A DNA stretch of 64,000 nucleotides from a virus. Its lineage: Duplodnaviria > Caudoviricetes. The stretch covers positions 128,001-192,000 of IMG/VR virus record IMGVR_UViG_3300007512_001664. One strand, written 5' to 3'. The first letter of the stretch is position 1. The number at the start of each line of letters is the position of its first letter. The translations under genes were made by a program, and so were the position numbers. The notes below the pieces were generated by a model. That model searched no databases, was not told the DNA's origin, and worked only from the letters and a program-made list of their open reading frames with translations. Below, piece after piece: positions 48,086 through 57,941 of this stretch.

Positions 48086-48737
48086 TCCAACAATTACAGA
48101 GATATTATGTAATTCTACATTTGACGGAGTAGTCTTCGATCTCGAACATGGATGCTTTAATAATGAGACATTGTATACCTGTATACAGGTATGTTTACTT
48201 AAAAACAAATTATGTTTTATTAGAGTTACTTGGCTAGATAAGACTGTTATTAGAATGAGTTTAGATGCTGGTGTGTCAGGAGTTATATTTTCAACAGTAC
48301 AGAATTATTTTAAAGCTAAGGAGTATTATAATTACTGTTTTTACCCACCTAAAGGTAGTAGAGGACAAGGTTTAGTCAGAGAAAATGAGTGGGGTAATAA
48401 AGATTTTAAAAAACGTGACCCTATAGTTGTAGCTCAAATAGAAACACGAACAGGTTTAGATAATATAAGCATTATCGCAGAAGTAGATTTTGATTATTTT
48501 ATGGTTGGGCCATATGATTTATCCGCAAGCTTAGGATGTGTTGGTAATTTTGATTCCCCTGTATATAAAACAGCTATAGAAAAATTAAAATCGAAAGTCG
48601 GAAATAAACTTGGTTATCACATAGTTAAAAATATTGAAGATCAATTAGATATTTACAGAGATTCAGAGTTTTTAGCTTTATCAATGGATACACTTTTTCT
48701 TATTGACGGAATAAAGAGGATCGAGGACGTAAAGTGA
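48057..48737 (+). CDS. HpcH/HpaI class II pyruvate aldolase
   Basis: DLEHG, RV, LDAG..GV, YPP.G.RG, QIET, GPYDLS.S.G. Confidence 0.88.
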   Translation: MRLLWQQLPSPTITEILCNSTFDGVVFDLEHGCFNNETLYTCIQVCLLKNKLCFIRVTWLDKTVIRMSLDAGVSGVIFSTVQNYFKAKEYYNYCFYPPKGSRGQGLVRENEWGNKDFKKRDPIVVAQIETRTGLDNISIIAEVDFDYFMVGPYDLSASLGCVGNFDSPVYKTAIEKLKSKVGNKLGYHIVKNIEDQLDIYRDSEFLALSMDTLFLIDGIKRIEDVK

Positions 48738-49171
48738 TTTTAATCTCTCATAGAGGTAATTTAACTGGTAAAAATTCTAAATTAGAGAATAAACCTCTCC
48801 AAATTCAAACGGTATTAGACTTAGGGTTTCATTGTGAGATAGATGTTTGGTTTATAAACGGCGAATATTTATTAGGACATGATGAACCGAAAATTCGTAT
48901 TAAGGAGTATGCACTTGAACATCCTCATCTATGGTGTCATGCTAAAAATTTAGAAGCATTACAGATGATGTTAAAGAATCGTAACATACATTGCTTTTGG
49001 CATGAAACAGATCAATATACTATTACTTCGGAGCAATTTATTTGGACGTATCCAGGTAAATACGCTTCAGAAAATTGCATTATTGTAGATAATTCGAAAA
49101 ACCCTCCTAATTATAATTGTAAGGGTATTTGCTCCGACTATGTACAATCATATAAAACACGTTATTTTTGA
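48734..49171 (+). CDS. PLC-like / GDPD-like phosphodiesterase-fold protein
   Basis: ISHRGN, EIDVW, LGHD, WCHAKN, GICSD; GTGA-coupled. Confidence 0.75.
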   Translation: MILISHRGNLTGKNSKLENKPLQIQTVLDLGFHCEIDVWFINGEYLLGHDEPKIRIKEYALEHPHLWCHAKNLEALQMMLKNRNIHCFWHETDQYTITSEQFIWTYPGKYASENCIIVDNSKNPPNYNCKGICSDYVQSYKTRYF

Positions 49172-50540
49172 TCTCGACGGTGTTTTACTAGATAGTAGAG
49201 ATTTACATTATTACGCATTTAATGACGCCTTACGTTCAATTAATGAGTCCTATGTTATTTCTCGAGAAGAGCATCTATCTTCATATGACGGTCATACAAC
49301 TACCACAAAACTTAAATTGTTAACTAAGGCCAAGCAGCTTCCAGAGAGCAAGTATGACGAAATTTGGAATCTAAAACAACAATTTACAACCGACCGCCTT
49401 CAATCCTTACAAGAGAATTTAGACTTACAACGGTTATTTAAATTTTTAAAAGATAAAGGATTAAAAATATCTATTGCATCTAATGCAATACGTCAAACAG
49501 TGTGGACATGCCTTGATAAAATAGGAGTACTTAGGTATTGTGATCATGTATTAACTAATGAAGATGTGTTTCTTTGTAAACCTAATGCAGAAATGTATAT
49601 GAGATGTATGATACACACAAAGACTAATCCAGATGAAACTGTAATTGTTGAAGATTCTCATACTGGAAGAAAAGGAGCTATTAGAAGTGGTTCTCATCTG
49701 TGTCCTGTAACAGGGCCAGAAGAGGTAACATTTAATTATATAACTAATTTTATTCAAAATAAAGATAAGACTATGGAAGAAATAAAACCTAAATGGCTAG
49801 GTGGTGATATGAATGTATTAATTCCCATGGCTGGTGCTGGTACGCGGTTTGAAAAAGCTGGTTACACCTTTCCAAAGCCGTTAGTTGATGTAAATGGTAA
49901 ACCGATGATACAGACGGTGGTCGATAATTTAAATATTGAAGCCAATTATATTTTTATTGTCCAAAAATCTCATTATGAGAAATATCATTTACAAACAGTA
50001 CTAGAAAACATAGTACCGAAATGCACAATTGTACAAGTTGAAGGTATAACAGAGGGTGCGGCATGTACTACTCTATTAGCTAAAGAGTTTATTAATAATG
50101 ATAAACCGTTAATTATGGCTAATTCTGATCAATATGTAGATTGGGATAGTAATGAATTTATGTATTCTATGGTCGGAGATAACGTGGATGGTGGTATTTT
50201 AACTTTTAAATCTACACATCCTAAATGGAGTTATGCAAGATTAGGAGATAACGGGTTTGTTACAGAGGTCGCTGAAAAGAAACCTATATCTAATATTGCT
50301 ACAGTTGGTATTTATTATTGGTCTAAAGGGTCCGATTATGTAAAATATGCTGAGCAAATGATAGATAAAAATATTAGGACAAATAATGAATTTTATGTTT
50401 GTCCTGTGTTTAACGAAGCTATAGAAGATGGAAAAAATATTAAAATTTTTGATGTACCGAAAATGTGGGGTCTAGGTACCCCGGAGGATTTGAATAATTT
50501 TATATCTAATTATGAAAGTATGCGCGACAATTCCAATTAA
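49140..50540 (+). CDS. HAD phosphatase fused to an NTP-transferase (nucleotidyltransferase)
   Basis: FDLDG, ASN, KP, EDS; then IPMAGAG.RF, PKPL, ANSDQ, EKK.IS, EFYV.PVFN, LGTPEDL. Confidence 0.88.
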   Translation: MYNHIKHVIFDLDGVLLDSRDLHYYAFNDALRSINESYVISREEHLSSYDGHTTTTKLKLLTKAKQLPESKYDEIWNLKQQFTTDRLQSLQENLDLQRLFKFLKDKGLKISIASNAIRQTVWTCLDKIGVLRYCDHVLTNEDVFLCKPNAEMYMRCMIHTKTNPDETVIVEDSHTGRKGAIRSGSHLCPVTGPEEVTFNYITNFIQNKDKTMEEIKPKWLGGDMNVLIPMAGAGTRFEKAGYTFPKPLVDVNGKPMIQTVVDNLNIEANYIFIVQKSHYEKYHLQTVLENIVPKCTIVQVEGITEGAACTTLLAKEFINNDKPLIMANSDQYVDWDSNEFMYSMVGDNVDGGILTFKSTHPKWSYARLGDNGFVTEVAEKKPISNIATVGIYYWSKGSDYVKYAEQMIDKNIRTNNEFYVCPVFNEAIEDGKNIKIFDVPKMWGLGTPEDLNNFISNYESMRDNSN

Positions 50541-51156
50541 AAGTAATTCTACTAGAGTAAAGGATAAGAATTTTAAAGATTTAGGAGGTAAGCCTTTATA
50601 TCAGTATATTATTGATCATTGCATACAAGCAGAATGTTTTGATGATATATATGTAGATACTGATAGTCCTGAGATTAATAGTTATTGTGTAAAAAATCAG
50701 GTAATATGCATTAAACGTAAACCTGAACTCACATTAGACACTGCAAATGGTAATGATGTCTTTCACTATGATATAGATTTTATAGGGCATTACGATTTTT
50801 ACTTTCAATTATATGCTACAGCACCATTTTTAAAGCCAGAAACTATTAGAGAGTGTGTAGATAAGTTAACTCATAGTTCAAAGCATGATTCTATACTTAC
50901 AGCTACAGAAGAATTTGGGTGGTTTTGGCATAAAGATCAACCTGTAAATTATCAGCCTAATATCTTACCTAGATCTCAAGATGCTACACCTGTTATAAAG
51001 GAGACAACCGGTTTATATGGTATATCGAAAAGCGCATATGATAGGTTTAGATGTCGTGTAGGTGCTACTCCGTATTTCTATATAATTAATGATAGAGCAG
51101 AGTGTATTGATTTAGATACAAATGAAGATTTTAGTTTAGCAGAGAACATGTTATAA
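50512..51156 (+). CDS. Acylneuraminate cytidylyltransferase-like (NeuA/KdsB family) 2
   Basis: IPIKSNSTRVKDKN, VDTDS, ATAPF, RSQD, ETTGLY, DLDT.EDF. Confidence 0.88.
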   Translation: MKVCATIPIKSNSTRVKDKNFKDLGGKPLYQYIIDHCIQAECFDDIYVDTDSPEINSYCVKNQVICIKRKPELTLDTANGNDVFHYDIDFIGHYDFYFQLYATAPFLKPETIRECVDKLTHSSKHDSILTATEEFGWFWHKDQPVNYQPNILPRSQDATPVIKETTGLYGISKSAYDRFRCRVGATPYFYIINDRAECIDLDTNEDFSLAENML

Positions 51157-51162
51157 GAATAT

Positions 51163-51759
51163 ATGGAAATTATTAATAATACAGATCCGAATATAGTAAG
51201 AAAAACATATGAGTGGTTCGATCAGCACACACGCTATGGTTCATCTTTTCACGGTGAGTCATTATTGCCGATTGTAAAATCATTAAAAAATGTTAATTCT
51301 GTTTTAGATATCGGAACTGGTCGCGGAGACTTTTGTAATTGGGCTATTGAAAATTTATGTCAAGACGTTACAGGCTTGGATTTTGCTATTACCCCGAATC
51401 CAAATTATTTAAATAAAAATATTAAATTTATTAAAAATACATCACACGAAATACCATTGCTAGATAACTCTGTTGATCTTGTGGTTTCGTTTGATGTATT
51501 AGAACATATAAGACCAGAAGATATAACAGAAACAATAAAAGAGTTTTCTAGAGTAACAAAAAAATACATGCTACATAAAATATCTTCAACCGCCGCATCA
51601 GCAGAATATGGAAAAAATAATCCGCATATACAAGAAATCGGTAACTTGCATCTTATACAGCAATCCCGTGGTTGGTGGTTTAATAAATTTAAAGAGTATA
51701 TTCCTAATTCATCTATATACAGATTGGATCGTTGTTTATTTGTAGTTAAAGATGTATAA
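51163..51759 (+). CDS. Class I SAM methyltransferase (Methyltransf_11-like)
   Basis: VLDIGTGRG, GLD, IP..DNSVDLV..FDVLEH. Confidence 0.85.
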   Translation: MEIINNTDPNIVRKTYEWFDQHTRYGSSFHGESLLPIVKSLKNVNSVLDIGTGRGDFCNWAIENLCQDVTGLDFAITPNPNYLNKNIKFIKNTSHEIPLLDNSVDLVVSFDVLEHIRPEDITETIKEFSRVTKKYMLHKISSTAASAEYGKNNPHIQEIGNLHLIQQSRGWWFNKFKEYIPNSSIYRLDRCLFVVKDV

Positions 51760-52429
51760 AGCGTGTTGTATTACTAGTATTACGGGTGATAGGTCTAAAT
51801 TAGTTGATCCGCTATTTGTTCATCCTAATATCGATTATTTTGCGTTCGTCGATAAAACATATAATAATATAAAAGTATGGAACCAAAAAAAGATTTATGA
51901 TTTTAGCACTATAGATAATTATTCAAATAGGAGAAATGCAAAGATATATAAAATTTTACCTCACCTATTTTTACCTGGGTATGATTATTATATATGGTGT
52001 GACGCAAACTGTATTTTTAAGGAAGACCCGGTTAAATTAATTGAACAGTACTCTGTTGACGCTATATTTTTTTATCATTATAGATATAATACTATTTTTA
52101 ATGATATAGAAAAAATAATTAAGCGCAAGAAAGATCATTTAATTAATATAGATAATTATATAGAATTTTTATCTAATTCTAATTACATAGACGATATGCT
52201 CTTACAATTTTCTATGTTTATTACTACTAATAGTCATGAAAGTATGTTAATGAGATTAATTTGGTGGGAATTAATATGTAAATTTTCTTCTCGTGATCAA
52301 ATCTCAGGACCGTATGCTATAAAAAAATCAAAAATTAGTTATCACATAATTAAACAGTCTTTAGGGCATGTAACACCATTAAGTAGTAATAATATAGGTA
52401 TAAAATTTAACCCAAGCAAGCATGATTAA
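51752..52429 (+). CDS. DUF616 (TOD1/MUCI70-like) glycosyltransferase-like protein
   Basis: TSITG, DYFAF.D, AKIYKILPH, IWCDAN, RDQIS. Confidence 0.72.
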   Translation: MYKACCITSITGDRSKLVDPLFVHPNIDYFAFVDKTYNNIKVWNQKKIYDFSTIDNYSNRRNAKIYKILPHLFLPGYDYYIWCDANCIFKEDPVKLIEQYSVDAIFFYHYRYNTIFNDIEKIIKRKKDHLINIDNYIEFLSNSNYIDDMLLQFSMFITTNSHESMLMRLIWWELICKFSSRDQISGPYAIKKSKISYHIIKQSLGHVTPLSSNNIGIKFNPSKHD

Positions 52430-53267
52430 AATATGTCATATACGTGGTACACCGGAATATTGGAAGCATGAAAATCTTCCTAGAATTTCAGGTTGTCCTT
52501 CAGAAGAAAATAGAGACTTAATGTATAAATGTTGGAAAGAATATTTTAACATACCGTATCAAGAATTTAAATTACGCATAAGAGAAGCGACTATAAACTA
52601 TATTAAAGAATTAAATCAATTTGATGTTATTTTATATAACAATGAACTGTATCGTGATTTTTTAAAAAATAATAAAATTGATAATATAATGCTATATAGT
52701 CAAGACGATGATGATATATTATACTTTATACCGGACCATATATCTCCCGGTATGAACATTTATAATTATAGTTATATTGATATAACAAATACTAAAAGAC
52801 TTGACTATGAATTGGATGATAATTTTTGTACGTTTCTTCCTAAAAAATTACAATCAAATCATGCAATATATTTTGTGTTAAATGAGCCAGATTTTATTCA
52901 AAACATAAAATCATATGGTTATATTCGCGCTCATACTATTTATGATTCATACAAAGAGTGTTTAATAGAAAAAAATGTACATATTTCTTATCATGACTAT
53001 TTTTTTACAACCCAATTTTATCATTTAACTAGCTTATCTTTATGGAAAAATATTGCTGGTACTAGTAAAACATCTAGGCATATTAGAGAGTATTTTTTTG
53101 AGAAAAAGCAGTTCGATAGAGATTGTATTTTTAAAATATTTGATTGTTATATAGATTTTATAAAAAAATTTAATATACCAAGACAATTGAACGACGTAAA
53201 ATATAAAAAAGGAGCGGAGTTAATTAATACATTTAAAAATCTATACATTGATGTAAGTACTTTATAA
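52422..53267 (+). CDS. Hypothetical protein (DDD motif, possibly GT-A)
   Basis: QDDDD; coupled within the island. Confidence 0.55.
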   Translation: MIKICHIRGTPEYWKHENLPRISGCPSEENRDLMYKCWKEYFNIPYQEFKLRIREATINYIKELNQFDVILYNNELYRDFLKNNKIDNIMLYSQDDDDILYFIPDHISPGMNIYNYSYIDITNTKRLDYELDDNFCTFLPKKLQSNHAIYFVLNEPDFIQNIKSYGYIRAHTIYDSYKECLIEKNVHISYHDYFFTTQFYHLTSLSLWKNIAGTSKTSRHIREYFFEKKQFDRDCIFKIFDCYIDFIKKFNIPRQLNDVKYKKGAELINTFKNLYIDVSTL

Positions 53268-54394
53268 TGAAAATAGCTATTTTATGTTTTGGTCAGCCTA
53301 GATTTTTAGATCTAACACATGAATATATTAAGCAGGAATTTAATATGCCCGGTCATGATGTCGATTACTTCTTCCATCTATGGAGAGGTGTAGGTTATAA
53401 CCCAGAAGATTCAATTAATAGTACATATGACACAGTACCAGATCTTGATAAGCTAGTTCAGAGCTTTAATCCAAAAATGTGGATTCTCGAGGATTATAAA
53501 TCTACCGGTTGTCAGATTATGTTTGAAAAACATAGGAAGTGGCGCTGGAAAGATCAACATTCATTGGTAGATCTGTGTAATGCTTGGAGTGTTATGAATG
53601 ATTTTGTTAGTTATAATAGAGATACTCCTATACCTAATTCCAAACGATTGGAGTATTTCTTCGGACAACATTACAGTATACAAAAATGTTTTAATTTAAT
53701 TGAACAGTACGAAGAGTTAAATGGTTTTAAATATGACATTGTAATAAAAATTAGAACAGATATAGTCTATAGAACGCCTAATTTATATAAATCTCCAGAG
53801 GTGTATGATTTGCATAAAGTAGAACATTATACAGATTTTCCTACGGATTATCCTTGTATTAATGTTAAAGGATTACGTATTAATAGATTACAGATAAAAG
53901 AGAATACATGGAAAGGTCAAGATATATCATGTTTTTATAAAGGAAAGTATAGTTTACCGGATGAAGATTATGCTAAGAAGAAAAAATCTATTAAATTTGA
54001 TTTAAATACACGGTTATGTTTTAACGACTGGACTATTATCGCTAATCGAGCGGCAGCTCATTATTATTTTGGTAGATGGTTTGAGACATATTTAATAACT
54101 TATGGAGAAGATTTATTGTATCGTAAAGACAGATATTGGTATAAAAGTCAATCTGATCATACCCTTCAAGGTCATATAGCTTTATATAATGACATTAAAG
54201 TTAACAGAGTCAATAGACGAGATATGAAACTGGTCAGAGAAGATAAACTTGAAGGAGAAAAATCTAAAGATAGTTTATCTAATAAAGCCGTAGTACCGTC
54301 GAATAATGAAATAGATCTCGATAGTTGGATATGGGATAGATGGAAACCAAAAACAAAAACAAAATCAGATTGGACAGTTCAGCAAAAAAAATAA
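53267..54394 (+). CDS. G(Q/E)PR-family putative glycosyltransferase, paralog 1
   Basis: MKIAILCFGQPR, FFHLW, YFFGQ..S, YDIVIKIRTD. Confidence 0.7.
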   Translation: MKIAILCFGQPRFLDLTHEYIKQEFNMPGHDVDYFFHLWRGVGYNPEDSINSTYDTVPDLDKLVQSFNPKMWILEDYKSTGCQIMFEKHRKWRWKDQHSLVDLCNAWSVMNDFVSYNRDTPIPNSKRLEYFFGQHYSIQKCFNLIEQYEELNGFKYDIVIKIRTDIVYRTPNLYKSPEVYDLHKVEHYTDFPTDYPCINVKGLRINRLQIKENTWKGQDISCFYKGKYSLPDEDYAKKKKSIKFDLNTRLCFNDWTIIANRAAAHYYFGRWFETYLITYGEDLLYRKDRYWYKSQSDHTLQGHIALYNDIKVNRVNRRDMKLVREDKLEGEKSKDSLSNKAVVPSNNEIDLDSWIWDRWKPKTKTKSDWTVQQKK

Positions 54395-55395
54395 AAATTG
54401 CTATTTTACTATATGGTCAGCCTCGCTTTTTTGAGCATACATATAAAAACATACAAGAGGCGTATACTATAGACGGGTGTGAAACCGATTTTTTTGCTCA
54501 TTTCTGGGAAGATGTTGGGTTTTATCCTGGTGACGACTATACAGATACATATATAAGGACTAAAGAGAGAGTAGAGAAGTGCCTTATAGATTTACAGGTT
54601 AAAGATTATATACAAGAAGATTATACTGAGTTAGATCTCCTTGGTGATTCGCAAAAGATAATATATGATTTTTTAACTCAGTCGCGCCGTGACATTTCTC
54701 GAATCCGTCCAGTTACTAATACACGAGGCCGGTATCATTATGGACAACACTTGAGTTTACATAAATGTTTTTGCTTAATGGAGAAATTTGAACGTCGAAA
54801 GAACTTTAAGTATGATGTCGTTATAAAGGTTCGTAGTGATTGGATCTATTCACCTAGTGACTCCATTACAAAATATAAAGCATATATTGAAAAATTAGTT
54901 GAACCTAATTTCATGAAGTTCGAATGCAAACGACTTACGACTCTTAGTCTCAAAAAATATGACTTACGTACGAAAACAGAATATCATTTATAAAAAGCGG
55001 ATTGTAAAAAGGCTGATCTACACAATTGTGTGATATCTATATCTGATATTTTTATTAATTGTAGTCGAGGCGCCGCGAAGTATATTTTTAAAGATTGGTT
55101 ATTTTATTATAATTATCTTCAATGCATATACACCCATAATTATGGTTCTTTAAAAAATATACTCGAAGAAAAAGAAAAATCATATAATAAAATTAATCGT
55201 ATTTTAGGCGATATTTGTATGATAAATGGTATCGGAGCTTTTAAGTGTTCAAAATCAAGTATAAAAATTCATCGACTTATGTTAAAGGATAAATGTAAGA
55301 AAAAATGGGTGAACTCTAGGCGTCGTATAGTCTTACCGGATTTGAATTGTAATATACCACAATATATCGAACAAGCTTTACATGAAAACAAATGA
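54391..55395 (+). pseudogene. G(Q/E)PR-family paralog 2 with ATA start and in-frame TAA at 54991-54993
   Basis: Track ORFs 54340-54993 and 55030-55395 are in the same frame, separated by one TAA, and together match full-length paralogs; the 5' DNA is near-identical to the paralog at 55981 except ATG>ATA. Confidence 0.7.
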
Positions 55396-55984
55396 CATAA
55401 TAATAGTCCCTAAAGTTCCTAAATGGGAGTCTCATAAAACAGAAGGAGAAGTCATTGGTCCATGTAAAACTCGAAAAGATATAGGAGCATTATGTCAAAA
55501 ACTAGGTTGTAACAAGCGTGGTGTTGAATTAGGTGTGGCAAAAGGTAATTTCACATTTCAAGTACATAAGTATTTTGATCAGTTTTGGAGCATTGATAGT
55601 TGGTGTGATGTGCGACATGATACTAAACAATATGAGCGATTTAAACGCAAGATATCACGCAAAAAAATTACAAATATTAATGTAGTTCGCTCTGATTTTA
55701 ACACAGTAGTTAAATCGTTTGACGATTATTTTTTTGATTTTATTTATATTGACGGTTATGCTAAAGCCCATCATCAATTACGACTTAATTTAAAAAATTG
55801 GTTTATTAAACTAACTCCAGGAGGTATTTTCTCAGGTCATGACTGGCAATATCCACACGTACAGGAGATTATTAATGAGTTCGCAATTGATAAAAAATTA
55901 AATTTAAATGTTACCGGTGAACAGCATTATGGTTTGTCTGGTAGAATAAACACAAAAGGTCCTACATGGTGGTTTAAAACATGA
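55382..55984 (+). CDS. Class I SAM methyltransferase (Methyltransf_24-like)
   Basis: GVELGVAKG, SID.W, DFIYIDG, GGIFSGHD. Confidence 0.85.
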   Translation: MKTNDIIIVPKVPKWESHKTEGEVIGPCKTRKDIGALCQKLGCNKRGVELGVAKGNFTFQVHKYFDQFWSIDSWCDVRHDTKQYERFKRKISRKKITNINVVRSDFNTVVKSFDDYFFDFIYIDGYAKAHHQLRLNLKNWFIKLTPGGIFSGHDWQYPHVQEIINEFAIDKKLNLNVTGEQHYGLSGRINTKGPTWWFKT

Positions 55985-56910
55985 AAATTGCTATTTTACT
56001 ACACGGTCAGCCTCGTTTTTTTAAATATACTTATAAGAGAATAAAAGAAGAGTTTAATTTACCTGGTGTAGAGTTTAATTTTTTCGCTCATTTTTGGGAT
56101 AAAGTAGGGTATACTCCCGCGAGCACTGAGACTAATATTATAGATTTAATTCCTTTATTGGAGCAGTTAAATATAAAAAAATATTTAATTACTAATTACG
56201 ACAAATTAAATACTATTACTTCTTCAAATGAAGTCGTTAGATCTCTTGCTAAAGGTAATATATCAATAAAACCATTTAATCCCGATAATAGGTATCACTA
56301 CGGTCAATATGTTAGTTTATTAGAGGTTTTTAATCTAATGGAGCAATACGAACGTGATAATGATATAAAATATGATATCGTTATAAAAGTTCGTAGCGAC
56401 TGGGTATATAAAGATAAGAGTTGTTATACATCAGAGTTAGACTATCTTACGGCAAAGAAAGAAAATTATCTTTTCTCTGATGTGAGCAGAAAAATGATAA
56501 GAACAACATATGTAAATAAGAAAATTTATAATAATAAAGAATATGTAAGGAGCTTTGACCCGTATATTATAGCAACACGCCCAGCAGCGCCTTGTTTTTT
56601 TAAATATTGGTTTTTAGCTAATCTTAATGCCTTAATTAAAGATGTTTTGGTTCCTATAGATATTAAATTACATGTAAAGCACGATTTTATGATTGGAGAA
56701 ATTGCTAATTTATTCGACATACAAGTCGAAGAGATTACTTTAAATTATGGAATTGGTAGATGTCATAGAGTAGTTAATTTTGAAGATTGTAAGAAATTTT
56801 GGATTACAGATGATAAGAATATATCTATTATATTACCTACTTTGCAGTGTAATGTTAAAGAAGAAATACAAAAACAATTATTAACAATAAACCAAAGGAA
56901 ATCAAAATGA
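55981..56910 (+). CDS. G(Q/E)PR-family paralog 3
   Basis: MKIAILLHGQPRFF, FFAHFW, YHYGQYVS, YDIVIKVRSD. Confidence 0.7.
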   Translation: MKIAILLHGQPRFFKYTYKRIKEEFNLPGVEFNFFAHFWDKVGYTPASTETNIIDLIPLLEQLNIKKYLITNYDKLNTITSSNEVVRSLAKGNISIKPFNPDNRYHYGQYVSLLEVFNLMEQYERDNDIKYDIVIKVRSDWVYKDKSCYTSELDYLTAKKENYLFSDVSRKMIRTTYVNKKIYNNKEYVRSFDPYIIATRPAAPCFFKYWFLANLNALIKDVLVPIDIKLHVKHDFMIGEIANLFDIQVEEITLNYGIGRCHRVVNFEDCKKFWITDDKNISIILPTLQCNVKEEIQKQLLTINQRKSK

Positions 56911-57941
56911 GAATAGCAGTTTTATTATATGGACAGCCTCGCTTTTTTGAGCAAACATGGCAATATTTAAAAGAAGAGTTTAATCTACCCGGTGTAGAAT
57001 TTGATTTTTTCGCTCATTTTTGGAAAGGTGTTGGTTTTTCACCGAAAGACGATAAACAATTACGGTATATTGATAATTGTAGTTTAGTTAAAGATCGATT
57101 AACTAAATTAAATGTAAAAAAACAGTTGATCGAAGACTATAAACGTTTAGACGTCTTGTGTAAAACGTTTAACACTGTTCATAACTTTCTATTAAAGGGA
57201 AGCTTTAAAGAAGTATCTAATCCACTAGGGTATCGATATTATCTAGGTCAATATGTCAGTGTGTATAATGCACATTGCCTAATGGAGGAATATGAGGTTG
57301 AAAACAAGTTTAAATATGACGTTGTAGTTAAGGCTCGGTCTGATTTTATTTATAAAGATCGACGGTTTTATAAATCTGACGAAGAATATTTAGCTGCGAA
57401 GCGAGAAAATTATGTAGATAATTTTGAAGAAAATAAACATAAAAGATTTGCTAAGACTATTGATATAATTTATAAAAAATGGCTTCCATTTAACGACCCT
57501 CCGCAGTGGACAACATATAAAAAGATTGATTATTTTAAAAAAGATTGTATGGTACAAAACCGAGATAGACATAATATCTTAAGAATGGGAGATGTAAATA
57601 TAGCGACTAACAGATTAGCATCGGATTGCTTTTTTAAGTATTTTTTCACTACCACTTTTTGTACATTAGCTAATGATATACATAATCATAATACAGATCA
57701 ATTATTAATATACAAAAGACATGATGCTATGTTTGGCGATATTGCTATATTGTTTGACATAGAAGTTAAAAGAATTAAGAGATGTAGATATTTTAGGGTG
57801 GCGTATTTAAATAGTTGTAAGGAAACTTGGCTAAGAAATAAACACGGCACTATAGTTATAGATGATTTAAATTCAGACATATATGACGAAATAGAAGTGC
57901 AATTAAACCGTAACAAATGGATTCTTAAATATGGGATGTAA
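56907..57941 (+). CDS. G(Q/E)PR-family paralog 4
   Basis: MRIAVLLYGQPRFF, FFAHFW, YYLGQYVS, YDVVVKARSD. Confidence 0.7.
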   Translation: MRIAVLLYGQPRFFEQTWQYLKEEFNLPGVEFDFFAHFWKGVGFSPKDDKQLRYIDNCSLVKDRLTKLNVKKQLIEDYKRLDVLCKTFNTVHNFLLKGSFKEVSNPLGYRYYLGQYVSVYNAHCLMEEYEVENKFKYDVVVKARSDFIYKDRRFYKSDEEYLAAKRENYVDNFEENKHKRFAKTIDIIYKKWLPFNDPPQWTTYKKIDYFKKDCMVQNRDRHNILRMGDVNIATNRLASDCFFKYFFTTTFCTLANDIHNHNTDQLLIYKRHDAMFGDIAILFDIEVKRIKRCRYFRVAYLNSCKETWLRNKHGTIVIDDLNSDIYDEIEVQLNRNKWILKYGM

